Shown here: piece after piece, positions 14,217 through 28,313 of the stretch
Numbering within the stretch: the first letter of the stretch is position 1
Layout of the letters: the number at the start of each line of letters is the position of its first letter
Assembly: GCF_009914755.1 (NCBI RefSeq)
Contig: NC_060927.1
Length of the DNA: 64,000 bases
DNA from: the human T2T-CHM13v2.0 reference genome, Homo sapiens
Strand: one strand, 5' to 3'
Position numbers and translations under genes: made by a program
The notes under the pieces: model-generated
The model's database searches: none
Told to the model about the DNA's origin: nothing
Seen by the model: only the letters and a program-made list of their open reading frames with translations

Positions 14217-14499
14217 TTTATTTTTTAATCATACTTTAAGTTCTGTGATACATGTACAGAACATGCAGGTTTGTTACATAGGTATACATGTGCCATGGTG
14301 CTTTGCTGCACCCACCAACCCATCATCTACATTAGGTATTTCTCCTAATGCTATCACTCCTGTAGCCCCCCACCCCCTGACAGGCCCCAGTGTGTGATGT
14401 TCCCCTCCCTGTGTCTATGTATTCTCATTGCTCAGCTCCCACTTATGAATGAGAACATGCAGTGTTTGGTTTTCTGTTCCTGTGTTAGTTTGCTGAGAT
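14217..14499 (-). mobile_element. Short L1PA 3' end (L1PA6-8 like)
   Basis: Antisense L1PA 3'UTR; possible 7-bp TSD aaagtat at 14210-14216 and 14500-14506. Confidence 0.9.
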
Positions 14500-16299
14500 A
14501 AAGTATGACATGACAGGGATACAGGCTCCTAGGATAACCCAGTTAGGAAGCAGAGACAAAGCTGTGGGAGCTAGAGGGAATACCTACTAAAGCAGGGGGA
14601 ATGGGTGAAGTCTGGAGTACCTAAAAAGGCATTGGCTGCTGATTAGAAAAGGGATGCTTCTTCCATTAATCATCAAGGAAGAAAATGCAGGTAAGTCTGT
14701 CCATATTGTGCTGGAAAAAGGGAGATTTCCTATTTGATGGCTTCTATTTCTTCTGTGAACAGAAAGATGTCATTTGAAGAAGGTTGGGAGAAGTTTAGAG
14801 ATTTTAGGAGGATGTAAAATATTAATAAGTATTTTGTGATAAAGAAAAAATTCAATAAAGAAATTAAATAACATATTTTGGCATTACTGAGGGCCCAGAT
14901 GTTTGTTGGTGCTTATGAATTGACAATGATACCATCCTTCCCCCATGTGTGATTTTTTTCCAGCGGTCTTGAGCTAGCTCTTTGAATGTCAGCAAGTAGC
15001 TGGGTTCAGTTTGGCTGGGATCAGGCAGTTGCAATGGATTGAGAGTACTTGCAAGAGAGAGATTAAGTGAAGGCCATGGTATATTATCTGGATAGAATAA
15101 AAATGAAACAGGAAGGGGCTGGTAGAATTGAAGAAATCAATAACTTGGACATCTCAACAAGGTAATAGAATCACTGTATAGAGATATTTGAGCAAGTGAT
15201 CTGGAAAGTGGGATGTTTTAATTAGCGATATTGGAGGTAGGGTTTTGTATTAATGACCAAAGCCAAGAGTAGGAAAGACAAATAGAATAAATGGGGTAGA
15301 GGAGAGAAAAAGTTGCTAAAGAAGGCAAGGAGCCAAGAAAATGTGAGGCCCGAGTCCTTTTTGGCATGATTAATTAAATGAAACATTTTCTAGGATAATA
15401 GCAGAAGGCAAGGGGCTAAGTAAGACTGAACAAGGCCTTCAATGATCAAAACTGTATGACCAGAAGATTCAGGGAGAAGATAGTATGCCTTGGTAATGTG
15501 GCTTTGAGAAATAGCTTCTGCTTGAGGAGGCATAAGGGAAAGGGATATCTTAGGAGTTCAACCAAACGTCAATCTAGCAAGCTGGAAGACAAAATATTTG
15601 CAGAAGTTGAAGAGTTAGAGGTTTATGTTTAGAAAATTCTAGGAAGCATCAACTATAGGCTTTTTGTAGGGGAGAGGGCAGTGAATGGGGTCTTTATAGA
15701 GGATATGTGGATTCATAGAAGGATATGAATTCTCCTTTAAGCATTAAGAAAACCCAGGAATAACTTAAGGCTGAGACAGACAATGTACAGTTCAGAACCA
15801 TAGACCTCGTCCTTTGTTTTGCTTTGTTTTTTATTTTGGCAGAAATAGTCTTCAGGGCTTCTGATATGCTCATTGATGCATAAATCAACACTTTTGTTCT
15901 TCTCATGAAAATCATATAAAAGTAATAAACAATTTTTTAAAAACTCAAACTCCATTTTTACTGGGACTAGAAGACGAATTTAAGCTACAGAGCATCAAAA
16001 CATACAAAAGAGCTGCCAAAAGCAGCTCAGAGCAAGCAGAAGCTGTCCTGGGAGGGAAAAAAGTGAATAAATAGACTTATAAAGGAACTCAACACTGATG
16101 GATTTCCTCGTTTGTAAGTGAGGGTTTTACCTGAAGTGCAGAAGACATATCCCTTTTTTGCAATGGATGGGGGTGGGGTGGGCAGAGCTGGTAGCAGAAG
16201 CCCTGCTGTACTAAATCTGGTTGAGAGAAGATGAGAAGACAGTGCACAGACATAATAAGATGAGTCTGTCTATGCAGCAGCAGCAAAGGAAAGAACCCT

Positions 16300-17850
16300 T
16301 AAGTTTACTCTGGACTCTCATCACCTCAAAGAGAAATTTCCTGTGCATCACTAATTCAGGAAAATCAAACTTTTGCTCACTGAAGAGCAATAAAAAGTGA
16401 ACTGGCACAGACATGATACAAAGAAAATATTTTTAAAATGTGGAAAAGAGCAAAAAAAAAATCTTACAGACAAAGCATAGTTCTTAGAAAATGTCATGGA
16501 CATATGAAAATTGTGATGAACACATTTTACCATTAGCTTTAAAAATTTAATGAAACCATCCCCCTTGTCTTCTAAGGAAGACAATGAGCACAAATATAAG
16601 AAATCAGACAATAGATCGAAAAATAACAAGAAGAAAAGAGTTGGTAGAAACCAGGAAACAAGCAGGAAGGGAAAAAACCAGAGACAAAGGAGAAATTTTA
16701 AAAGACACTAGAAGAGTACATAAGACAGCACAGTAAAGGACATAAAAACTAAAAATGAGAAAAGCAAAAAAAAAGGCACATAAAGATAAAGAAAGAAAAA
16801 GTAATTAAAGATTAGAGAGACAATGAAAAATATGAGAAAAGCAAAGAAGAACCAACCTATGCATAATCAGTTTCCAATGAACAAAACTAAATGAAAGCTA
16901 AATGTAATTGTGAAACAGAATAATTAAAAACATACAATCAAGAAATAAATAAATAATCCTGAAATAAAAGCATTAAATATATTAAAAATTTACTGCATGT
17001 ACCAAGAAATGTATACAAAAATAGTCAATACTGAGACATGTCTTAGTAAAGTTTATCACACGCTCTAAAGAATTGCCTAGGCAACCATGCAAAACCATGG
17101 GGTATAAATCAGACTTGCATCCGATTTTTCTACAGAGAAATTCTCCACTGAAATACAATATAGCAACACTTGCAAGGTTTTCAAAGAATGAAATTAAGAG
17201 CTAAAGATTTTAAATACAGCCAAACTGTCCTTTAGTTATAAAGGCCACTGACTAATATTTTTGAACATATAGGAATTACAGATATATTGTAATTTGGAGT
17301 CTTTCTTGAGAAAAATACTAGAGGACAATTATGAGATGACTGAGGAAAGTATGGCAAAAAAACAGTGCACTGAATACATTTAACTCTTCAAATAAGACCA
17401 AAATAAACTGTCAGTATTAGGGTGCTGGGACAGAAACAACACTCTAATGCTGATATGTTAATATCTTGACTGTGTAGATACATGCAAATAACAGAAATTA
17501 GATGGGGAAAGGGGGAAAGGAGTTTAAAGATGGAGTAAGATTGCTAATTTCTCATATAAAGCATCTGTCAGTCAAACCATATCATTTAAAATTGAAAAAT
17601 CAAATAATAAAATATAGTCACATTTAACAACACAAAGTTAACCAATAAGAAACGTAATATCATTTCTTAAAATCAGGTAGAAAGAGAGAGGAAGCAGAAG
17701 AGGGAAAAAAGTCAGCATGCTTCCTTGTGACTACTAATTGATCCTTGTAAGATAAATAAAGGACTAAGGGTATTAAATTAATTTATAATTATCAAGATAA
17801 TACTCGAATAAAAATACAGATTTTCCTAAAGAAAGAAAGAGCTGAATTGT
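16300..17850 (+). mobile_element. Ancient HAL1 / L1ME ORF1-like remnant
   Basis: A-rich sense strand with an ORF1-like motif agccaaactgtcctttagttataaagg; highly diverged. Confidence 0.5.
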
Positions 17851-17876
17851 AAAAGTGTTTTTAGAACTTGATAAAA

Positions 17877-18197
17877 GGTCAGGTGCGGTGGTTTACAGAT
17901 ATAATCCCAGCACTTTGTGAGGCCAAGGTTGGGGATCATCTGAGCCCAGGAATTCGAGACCAGCCTGGGCAACATGGTGAAACCCTGTCTCTACAAAACA
18001 TAAAAAAATTAGCTGGGCATGGTGGTGTGCATATGTAGTCTCAGTTACTCCGGAGGCTGAGATCGGAGGATCACTTGAGCCTGGGAGGTCAAAGCTGTAG
18101 TGAACTGTGATCGTACCACTGCACTCCAGCCTGCGTGACAGAGTGATATGCTGTCTCAAAAAAAAAATCATTAAAAAAATTTTTAAATAAAAAAATA
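17877..18197 (+). mobile_element. AluJ
   Basis: AluJ diagnostics (gagcccaggaattcg, ggaggatcacttgagcc); TSD aacttgataaaa at 17865-17876 and 18198-18209. Confidence 0.95.
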
Positions 18198-18260
18198 AAC
18201 TTGATAAAATATCCAACAATTAGGGAGACTTAATATAATAAAAAATGTCTCAAACAATAA

Positions 18261-18622
18261 TGTATTAGTGTTTTTACACTGCTATAAAGATACTACCTGA
18301 GACTGGGTAATTTATAAACAAAAGAGGTTTAATTGACTCATAGTTCTGCATGGCTGGAGAGGCCTCAGGAAACTTACAATCATGGCAGAATGCAAAGGGG
18401 AAGCAGGCACCTTCTTCACAGGCAGCAGGAGAGAGAGAGAAGGGGGAAACTGCCAAACACTTTTAAAACCAACAGATCTTGTGCGAACTCCCGCACTATT
18501 AGGAAACCGGCATGGTGGGAAATGCCCCCATGATCCAATCACCTCCCACCAAGTCCCTCCCTCAACACATGAGGATTACAATTTGAGATGATTTGGGTAG
18601 GGACACAGAGCCAAACCATATA
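18261..18622 (-). mobile_element. THE1/MSTA MaLR solo LTR
   Basis: tgtattagt...gagactgggtaatttataa...ggcctcaggaaacttacaatcatggcagaa...gggacacagagccaaaccata. Confidence 0.92.
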
Positions 18623-18649
18623 AAATGGATCAGGTTTATGGGGAAATTC

Positions 18650-19330
18650 AAAGGGCATATCACTCAAGTCAGGAATAAGACATTGATGCTTACCATCACA
18701 ACTACTTCGTAGCATATTATTAAATCCAAACTATACTAAAATAACTGTCAACTTCCAAAACAAAACAAAAACTTGTCAATATAGCTTGCTGTTGATGCTA
18801 TGGGAGAATGGGCACTCTCTTGCACCACTAATGGAAATGCAAATTAGTATAAGGCTTATTTATGCTGGGAGACTTAGCAATACCATTCCGAATTGTAAAC
18901 GCATATACCCTTTGATCCAGCAATTCTACTTCTCTAAACCTATGTACAATAATATTCATCACAGCAATATTTGAAGTAGCTGCATATTATAAACAATCTA
19001 AAATCCAACAATGGAGAGTTGGTTAAATAAGGTAATAGTATATCCAAACAATGGAATACAATGCAGCTGTCAACAACAACAACAAAAGAATAAGGACGAC
19101 AGTTTGTGTTGCAATGAAGTGATCTCCAGGATGTATTATTGGTAAGTGAAAAAAAATGAAGCAGCAAACAATAAACAGTGAATGTTATCTTTTGTGTAAA
19201 AAGGAAGAAAAATTTTAAAAATGTATGTATGTTTGCTTGCACACTTATGAAGAAAAGGAGAAGTTTTAAGAAACTATTAACAGTGTATATTCCGGGAAGT
19301 TGGAAGAGCTGGGTGGATGTGTAGGGTGGA
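18650..19330 (+). mobile_element. Ancient L1M (L1ME-like) 3' region
   Basis: ccctttgatccagcaattctacttct and other motifs from the end of L1 ORF2. Confidence 0.65.
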
Positions 19331-19347
19331 ATATCTGTCTGTTTGCC

Positions 19348-19460
19348 TAAGATTATCCTGATTTCCCCCAGACAGTCCTGGTTTTCACCTGTTGTTTAAA
19401 ACCAAAGTATTACACTTAACACTCTCAAAACTTTCTCAGTTTGGATGATAAGTTAACCAT
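19348..19460 (-). mobile_element. MER94-like hAT-Blackjack MITE
   Basis: gacagtcctggttttcacctgttg...cactctcaaaa...gtttggatgataa. Confidence 0.55.
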
Positions 19461-19489
19461 TAAGTTGTACATAAACTGGCAGCCAGTGA

Positions 19490-19810
19490 CAGCACTTACA
19501 AAGCACTTACTCGGTGTCAGGCACAGTTCTAAACACTTATATATTTTATCCCCACAGTTCATCCTCTGACCATTGCTGCTATAGTCAGTGGCTCATCTTA
19601 TTCTGATTCAAGCTGGCAGGATTGGGCCAGTCAAAACTGAACATACAGTAGCTATCTTTCATAAGGTGCTTCCTGCATCCTAAGCACGTTCAGGTAGGTA
19701 TTAATAGTATTCTCATTTTACATGTGAGAGAACTGAGCACAAAGAGTTGGAGTAACTTGCCCTAAGTCACACAGCCAGACAAGTAACAAAGCTGGAGTTT
19801 GTGCTCATGT
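19490..19810 (-). mobile_element. MIR (interrupted)
   Basis: ctcattttacatgtgagagaactgagcac...taacttgccctaagtcacacagc. Confidence 0.65.
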
Positions 19811-20906
19811 TTGTCCCCAAAATGTGTGTTTTGTGTTACCTGTTTGTGTGCATTTTTGTGTATGTGCTCTAACCCTGTCCTGGAAGCTGAGTATAAGTAA
19901 TAATATTATGTTCAACTGGCAAGTGTAATTCCCCACAACTAATTCATGAAATTAAGGCATTATGATAATTTATATAAAAAAAGAAAACACAGGTTTGTGC
20001 ATTTAATGAAACTTTGTTTCCAACAATGCTCATACATAATGTATGAATCTTCTAGATTAACCATGGCTATTAAAAATTATCCATACTGAATACTAAACTG
20101 GAAATATAGTATGATGCCAATTATATAACTCATGCACACAGGGGAGAGAAATAATAGTGGCCCTCTCTGAGTTGCAGAAGTATTAGTAACTTGTTTTGTC
20201 TTTACATTTATCAGTATTATTTCATGTTTTTTACATTGAGCATGTCTTACCTTTCATGTATAAAAAGCATAATAAAATATATTTTAAAGAAAACTACATG
20301 AACTCTGGTACATATAGGCTTCTAATAACATGGCTTATAGTTGAAAATAAATAAAACAAAAAGTGACTCTAAAAAAATTAGTCGGGTGTATATTGTTTCC
20401 AGTATACCAGTGGAAATACCTCCTAGAACTCTCACCTGAAGCTGAATAAAGTAACAGATTTGATTTTCTTATGAGGTAACTCTCTCTTCTAGGCCAGTTC
20501 TAGGATAAGGAAAATTAAAGAATTATTGATCCAGAATAAAAAAGGGGGCAGTGAATAACAGGCACAGAGGTTTTGTGACCAGGAACACACAATTACAAGG
20601 TAGATGGAGATGTCGGTGTCTTTCTTCTATATATTCAAGCTGACCCTTTTTAGCAGAATAATAGTAAGTAAATCCTGCTTACCAGTTTGTCTGAATATTC
20701 AAAACAGTGCATGAAGCTATTTTGTCTTTGGAATTGGTGTTAAAACTAAAGATGCTGTCATGGACTCCGAGGAGTAGGATGGGGCTTAATAAAACACGAA
20801 ATAAGAGGAAACAAAATGAAGATTTACTTAAGACCTATGATCCTCCAAGACACTATTAGGCATTTTAAAATTAATTATTTCTTTTTAATCTTCATAACAC
20901 TTAGTG

Positions 20907-21305
20907 AGTGGAATGCTGGAGCTGGCTTGCGCTAGCTCCAAAGCATCAACTGTTAAATTTTCAGAAATTTTGCAAGCTGGTTGTTAAATACAACCATTAA
21001 TAATACTTAAACTATAAAAGCTAAAAATTATATTAAGAACGAAGGTAATAAATACCCCAAAAGCATCATTTTCTAATTATTTTACTACATTTTACTATTA
21101 TCTATGCTAAGATAATTTACATGCATTATATATGTAGTAAGGAAAGAAATATTATATTTAATTATGCCTTAATGTTACATTGAATTCAGCAATAGCGGGG
21201 AAATTTACACCACAGAGTTAGGGAACACTGCAAATCAGAGCTTTTTTCTCCCTTTATATCTTTTTTATAAGAGCTGATTGTTAAACATTTAACAGCACAC
21301 TACTA
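20907..21305. mobile_element. MER63-like hAT-Blackjack element within a MIR
   Basis: tgctggagctggct...ctgttaaattttcag...gttaaacatttaacagcacac. Confidence 0.65.
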
Positions 21306-22218
21306 TGAAATACAGCTTATTATCTACAGCTACTGATGAGAAAACCAAGGCCCAAAGAAAAGTTGTATTTGAAAAAAATCATGCCATGCAGCACATCTGT
21401 TGTAATTTATTGTTACTTTAATGCAAAATATTATAAAGTGATTCAATAAAAGGCTAAAGAATGTTAAAACTTCTGGTTTAGAGCATACATATTTTAAAAA
21501 CTGAGATTAAGCCAACCACTTTCTCAGAGTCCCCTAATCATCCTTGCACAAGTTAGCTGCTTAATAAAAAATTTTCCTTCTGTGGCTTACAGATGTTTTA
21601 TTGTTTAATCTTAATGAGTATAAAATATCATAACCCTTTGACAATATAAGACTTTAGTTCTTTTATTAAAACCTAATACAGGTAAAATTAGGTTTTAATT
21701 AGCTTTAAAAGAATGCCTAAGTTCTCTCATGTTACTAGAATGTTTATTATGTAAGTGTTATTTTATTTTTACCAAACAACCCATTATGACATAGAAATAT
21801 TTGGATTCCTTTTAAATGTTGTTATTGCAATGAATAAATAAATTTATCAAAAAACTATAGTTAAAAAAATTGAAAAATATTTTGTAAAACATAAAATAAC
21901 TCCAAGTATTTAAAAATGTTACCGTTAAACTTCCTGGTATTCATGGGCAATTAGCAAGGAGCATAAGTCTGTTAATTGAGAAAATCAACAAATATTTACT
22001 GACTGTCTCTTGTTTATAAGGCACTTATTGCTTTCTCTCTCTTTAAAATGTGTAATTTATAATTTAAAAAATTTAAAAGCATACTACCTAACTATAAGAG
22101 CACAAAGTGACCATTGTGAAAAATGTAGTAAGCTTTAAGAATCAAAGCTAAAATCATCTATAATCTTGCCACCCAAAGTCTACCACAGTTAATATTTTGA
22201 CAAGGTTTCTTCTAGCTT

Positions 22219-22222
<4 letters not shown>

Positions 22223-22310
<88 letters not shown>
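22223..22310. repeat. Perfect compound microsatellite (GT)18(GA)26
   Basis: Counted directly from the sequence. Confidence 0.98.
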
Positions 22311-22312
<2 letters not shown>

Positions 22313-22796
22313 ATTTTATTTTGCTTGGTTGAAAAGTGAGAACCAGAATCTTATTCCAGTGCCTTTGATCTGGCACCCCATGACATTGGGCAGCTCTTAT
22401 CTTTCACCTTTACCTGATGAATCTGCCACAGCTGGCCACCAATCTCCACCCCTAGAAATTTCCTCCATTGCCCTGGAATCTTTTCTTTGGGACAAAGGAC
22501 TTATTTGAGTAAACTTGGTAAGGAAATTCTTCCTCTCTTCGAATCCCTCTAAAGCAAGGCATTGCCATATCCAGAAGCTAGTTAAAAAGAAACATCAGTT
22601 GCTTCATCTGTAAAATGATCTCTAAGATCTCTTCCTGCCAACCTAAGCAGACAGTGCAAAAATGGTTCAAAGTGCAGGCTCTCCAGTCCAAAAAAGCTGA
22701 ATTCCCATCCAGTTCTGCTGCCACCTATTTGTATGTCTCTGGACAAATTGCTTAATCTATCTATTCCTCCATTTCCACAGCCATAAGTGAAAACTA

Positions 22797-23180
22797 TAGG
22801 CTCACAATTCCTTATCTGAAACCCCTGGTGTTAGATGTGTTATGGAAATCCAGAAGCTTTGGAATTTACAAAAGTAATAAAGTGGATATAAAGTATAATT
22901 TGTAACACCCACGGAGGGCATTATATCACCTCTTGCATATTCGGTTAACATTGCCAGGAGGGTCTGGAGGAGCACCTTGCAATCAAAAACATTTATATTC
23001 CTACAGCAAAAATGTGTGGTAACATAAATAAAGCCTAAATAGCCTCCTGTCATTTCAAGTCAGATTTTTCCACTGAGTTCAGAAGTCTGTTCAAGCTTTA
23101 CTGCAAATGGGTTTGGAGAAACTTTTTGGTTTCAGAATTTAAAATATTTTAGAATGATAGATCAGGAATTGTGTCCCTGT
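22797..23180. mobile_element. MER46C-like Tigger MITE inserted in a MIR
   Basis: Termini cacaattccttatctgaaacccc / gatcaggaattgtg; MIR sequence on both sides. Confidence 0.6.
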
Positions 23181-23344
23181 GATATGTCATTGGATTGTTG
23201 TAAATGAAAAGAGTTCTTACCTATCACAGGACCTGATACAGATCTGAGAGCTCAATAAATGTTACTACAGCAACAGCAACTAATGTTTATATTACTACTA
23301 TTTGTGTTGCTATTACTTATTGTTATTATTACTTCTTATTCAAA

Positions 23345-23930
23345 AGCTCTGGACATCTCCCCCACCCTTCTCTCCAGTGCCACAGCCATTTGCATTAATT
23401 CTGTTCTTCCTTTCTTACCTGGACTCCTCTAATGTGCTTCTTAATCAATCTCCCAGCCTCTAGTCCTTCTCCTGCAGCATCCATCAGAAGTTAGCACAGA
23501 ATTGTTCTAAAAACACTAACATGACCTCGTATCTCCCCTACTTTCTTACTATCCTCCACTGGCTTCCCCTCACTAACCTCATAAAGTCTAAATTGTTTAG
23601 TATGATGTACAAAACCGCTCCCTCCTTGTGCATTACGCTGTAGCAATTCTTAAAGTCCCCTCAAACATACCAGACTGATTTCAATCCCCTGCCTTTGCAG
23701 AAGTTTTTCTGAGGGCCTCAGATATCCCATCACACACATACCCCATACCATTGTTCTCTCTGTTTTCTCTGCCACATACATATCTTAATTCTATCACCAT
23801 GCTTATTATGGTGGGTTGGAACTTGTTTGCTTCTGAGTGTCCCTCTTTGAAGACAAGAACTATTTTTTTCAATTCCAAATCTCCAGCACCTAGCCGTCAT
23901 CAGCACTAAAAATGTTAATTGAACTAAATC
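23345..23930 (+). mobile_element. L2 3' region
   Basis: Pyrimidine-rich L2-like sequence ending ccagcacctag...aaatgttaattgaa. Confidence 0.6.
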
Positions 23931-25094
23931 CCATGTCTAACACTGTCTTGCAAGGTTAACTGGGTGCCAGATGATCATCTCCTAAACATGGCAAAGCTGA
24001 ACCTCTTTCCTCTCTCTCTTTTTTTTTTTCCAGAAAAGAATACATGCAGGGAAAGCCCAGAGCAGTTTGGTGTCATCCCTTCCACAGTGGAAGCTGACAA
24101 ATGACTTCATGGTGTGGGCAATTTGGGGTAGGAAGAGATGGGCTGCTGAGTTCTTAAATAACATCCAGAAAAGCTAGTGAAGTGAGACAAATGGGTGAGA
24201 GGCTGCAGGTGCTGCGTGACTGTAAGGTCTTCCTGCCCACAGGTTGCTCCTGGCTATTAGTACTACTAATATTTCACTCTCCACAACAGCAGTAGCAGCA
24301 GGAGAAATGTAATGGTGAGGGCTCTTCTCAGGCCCTCAGCTGGTTATCTGCCATGACACCAACAACCCAGATGAGGAGCAGCTGCTATTCCTCTCTCTCC
24401 CTACAGATGACTGCAAAAAGAAAAAAAAAGAGTCATTTCCAGTTTTGCTGTTTTAACTTGGTGGGTTTGTGTAGTGGAAGTGGCGAGATTTAAATAAAAT
24501 CAATTTACATCTTAATTTTTTTACTCCTAAGATACTGTTTTTTGAAGATGAATATTTCAGTGCTGGAAGTGTATAATCCTTCCAAAAGCTTCAAATGCCA
24601 ATATGCATCTAATGATGAGAGAAGATGCTTGGCATTTCTCTGAGATGTGCCAATGGAAAGTCAGCCATGAGGAAATTAAGTAAAATCAACACATGTGCAC
24701 ACCCCAGGGCTGGCAGATGTTTCTCCATGAACAGCTTTATAGAATATAGAGTGTTCATGCAGTCCCTAGTTCCAAAAATTGGGCATAGATTTTTAGATAA
24801 GTATGTGCCTGAATATAATATATGTAGGACATTGGGTTAAGCTGGATTTTAATCTTGTACCTGGCACTTACTAGCCATGTGGCCTTCAGGAAGGTAGTTT
24901 TCTGTCTCTGAGCCACAGTTTGCTCATATGTGTTAACAGAAAAAGAATTACAGTCAGCTACTAATATTAAGTCCACATACTATACCAGATACTTTTTACT
25001 TATTTAGTCCTCTCAAAACCTGGTAACAAAAATGACATTAACTCCATTTTGCAAATGCAGTTCAGAGAGATGATAAAACTTCTCCAGTGTCACA

Positions 25095-25570
25095 CTCTAA
25101 TGACCATGGGCATATGCTGCTCAAATCTTCCTGCAAGAGAACCTATTGGCAAAAGTGTAGTTGGTGGACATCCTCCAGCTGCTATACCTTCTGATCCATA
25201 CCAGCATTCATCACTGAGGCTACATTCTCTCAGAGCTGCTCTCAGCCAATGACAGAATAGTTTGGGAACTAGAGATGGGTGATTCCAGCCCAATGCAGAA
25301 CTCCTTTGATGAGCAGTCTTTGTTCTCGAGCTCCCCATTTCCTGGGTGAAACTTTCTCAGGGCTCAACTGAAGTCTGAGGTCCTTCCTACCCAACCTTCT
25401 TCCTTCCTCTCTCTTTGTACAAGTGTAGAAACTGCATCGTAGTCTGAAAGCTCTTTCTACCTACTCTGTTCTCTTCCCACTTTATTTTTTGTAGTTATTT
25501 CCCCCAGATTAATCTCTTGCTTGTCTATTTCTCTCCTGGCATCTCCTTCTTAGAGGACCTAACCTGACAC
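25095..25570 (+). mobile_element. ERVL LTR16-like solo LTR
   Basis: Ends with taatctcttg...ctggcatctccttcttagaggacctaacctgaca. Confidence 0.55.
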
Positions 25571-27003
25571 ACACATAGAGAATATGATACACTGAGTCAA
25601 GTTCTATAAGGGTAAAATGAAGATAGGAATAGGATAATGAGAAAATGCTTTTGAAAGATTCCAGGACACTGCCCGCGTGGAGGCCAGCAGTGCACAACCC
25701 TTGCTGCACATCTGAACCATGTGTGCTATGTTTTAAGAATAGACAAGTTGCTACCCATCTCAAACCTACTAGAAGCTCTGGTAGCTAGCCATAATTTTTT
25801 AGAAATAACTTATTGAGGCGAAATTCACATTACATAGAAACCATTTTAAAGAAAACAATTCAGTGGGATTCAGCACATTCACAATGTTATGCAACTACCA
25901 CCTCTATCTAGTTCCAAAGCATTTCCATCACTTCTAAGTAAAATCCCTTACCATTAAGCAGTTTCTCCCCATCCCTCACTTCCCCCAGCCCCTGACAACC
26001 ACCAATCCACATTCCATCTCTATGGATTTCTCTATTCTGAATATTTCATATTAATGGAGTTATACAATGTTTGTCCTTTTGTGTCTGGTATCTTGTACAT
26101 AGCATAATACTTTAAAGGTTCATTCCGATTGTAGCATGTATCAGTACTTTATTCCTTTTTATGACTAAATATATAATATTCCATTGTATGGATATAAAAC
26201 ATTTGTTTATTCATTCACCTGTTGATGGACATTTGGGCTTTTTCCACCTTTTGGCTATTGTGAATAGTGCAGCCCTGAACGTGGATGTACAGGTAGTCAA
26301 CATCTTTTTATGTGCTTGTTGGCCCTTTGTCTGTATTCTTTGAAGAAATGTCTATTGAAGTTCTTTGCACATTTTAAAATTTGATTGCTTAAATTTTTGT
26401 TGTTGAGTTGTGAGAGTTCTTTATATAGTCTAGATATCAGACCTTTATCTAAAATATGACTTTCAAATATTTTCTCCCATTCTGTAAAGTCTCTTTTCAC
26501 TTTCTTGGTAAAGTTTTTAAATTTTGATAAATCCTAATTTGTTTACTTTGTTTAGTTCATCATGCTTTTGGTGTCAAATCTAAGCATTCATAGCCGTTAT
26601 AAATAATTACTTTTATGGCTTTAGCTCTTATATTTATTTAGGTGTGTGATCTATTTTGAGTTAATTTTTATATATAGTGTTAAGGTGAGGGTCCAGCTTT
26701 ATACTTTTGTATGTAGATATCCAGTTGTCCCAGCACCATTTGTTGAAGAGTCTAGTCTTTCTCCCACGGAAAGGTCTTGGAACTCTTGTCAAGAATCAAT
26801 TGGTCATAGAAAGATGGGTTTACTACTGAACTCTCAGTTCTATCCTACTGGTCTATTTATCTACCCTTGCAACAATTTCACACTGTTGTGATTATTGTAG
26901 CTCTATCATAAATTTTGAAATCAAGAAGTTATTCCTCCTTTTCTCAGGTTGTTTTGGCTATTTGGGGGCACTGCAATTCCATATGAATTTGAGGATCAGT
27001 TTT

Positions 27004-27690
27004 GTTTTGTTTTGTTTTCCCCTTTTTTTATTTTTTAAGTTCTGGGAAACATGTGCAGAACATGCAGTTTTGTTACATAGGTATACATGTGCCATGGTGG
27101 TTTGCTGCACCTATCAACCCATCATTTAGGTTTTAAACCCCACATGTATTACGTATTTGTCCTAATGCTCTTTCTCCCCTTTCCTCCCACCCCCCAATAG
27201 GCCCCAGTGTGTGATGTTTCCATCCCTGTGTCCATGTGTTCTCATCGTTCAACTCTCACTTATGAGTGAGAACATGCAGTGTTTGGTTTTCTGTTTCTGT
27301 GTTAGTTTGCTGAGAATGATGGTTTCCAGCTTCATCCATGTCCCTGCAAAGGACATGAACTCATTATTTTTTATGGCTGCATAGTATTCCTTGGTATATA
27401 TGTGCCACATTTTATTTATCCAGTCTATCATTGATGGGCATTTGGATTGATTCCAAGTCTTTGCTATTGTAAACGGTGCTGCAATAAACATACGTGTGCA
27501 TGTATCTTTATAGTAAAATGATTTATAATCCTTTGGGTATATATCCAGTAATGGGATTGCTGGGTCAAATGGTATTTCTGGTTCTAGGTCCTTGAGGAAT
27601 TGCCACGCTCTCTTCCACAATGGTTGAACTAATTTACACCCCCATCAACAGTGTAAAAGTGTTCTTATTTATCCATATCCTCACCAGCAT
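27004..27690 (-). mobile_element. L1PA7/8-like 3' fragment nested in the L1MB
   Basis: ORF 27249-27620 (-) is the L1 ORF2p C-terminus; TSD gatcagtttt at 26994-27003 and 27691-27700. Confidence 0.95.
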
Positions 27691-27938
27691 GATCAGTTTT
27701 CTTATGTCTGTGAAAAAGGTCATTGAAATCTTTTATAGAATTGCATTGAATCCATAGATTACTTTGAATAGTACTAAAGTTTTCACAATATTAAGTCTTT
27801 CACTCTGTGAACATGGGGTGTCTTTCTATTTTTTAGGTCTTCTTTAATTTCTTTCAGCAATGTTTTATTGTTTTCAATGTACAAGACTTTTACTTCTTTG
27901 GGTAGATTTATTCTTAGTTTTTTTATTCTTTTGGATGT

Positions 27939-28313
27939 TTATATGATTTGGCTCTGTGTCCCCACCCAGATCAGACCTTGAATTTTAATCCCCATAGTCC
28001 CCACATGTCAAGGTCAGGACCACGTGGAGGTAATTGGATCACGGGGGCAGTTTCCCCCATGTTGTTCTTGTGATAGTGAGTTCTCAGGAGATCTGATGGT
28101 TTTATAAGGGTCTAACATTTCCCCTTCTTGCACTCACTCTGTCCTGCCATCCTGTGAAGAAGGTGTCTGCTTCCCCTTTGCCTTCAGCCAAGATTGTAAG
28201 TTTCCTGAGGCTTCCCCAGCAATGCGGAACTGTGAGTCAATTAAAACTCATTCCTTTATAAACTACCCAGTCTCAGGTATTTCTTCATAGCAGTGTGAAA
28301 ACGGACTAATACA
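27939..28313 (+). mobile_element. THE1 (C/D-like) solo LTR nested in the L1MB
   Basis: atatgatttggctctgtgtcccc...acggactaataca; 5-bp TSD gatgt at 27934-27938 and 28314-28318. Confidence 0.95.

Larger units (their letters stand above)
12150..15400 (-). mobile_element. Long degraded L2 LINE, interrupted by an Alu, an L1MA and an L1PA
   Basis: L2 3'-end-like sequence at ~12150 (gtgctaggtact...acaagactgacc) and purine-rich L2 antisense sequence that resumes after each insertion; right boundary uncertain. Confidence 0.6.
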
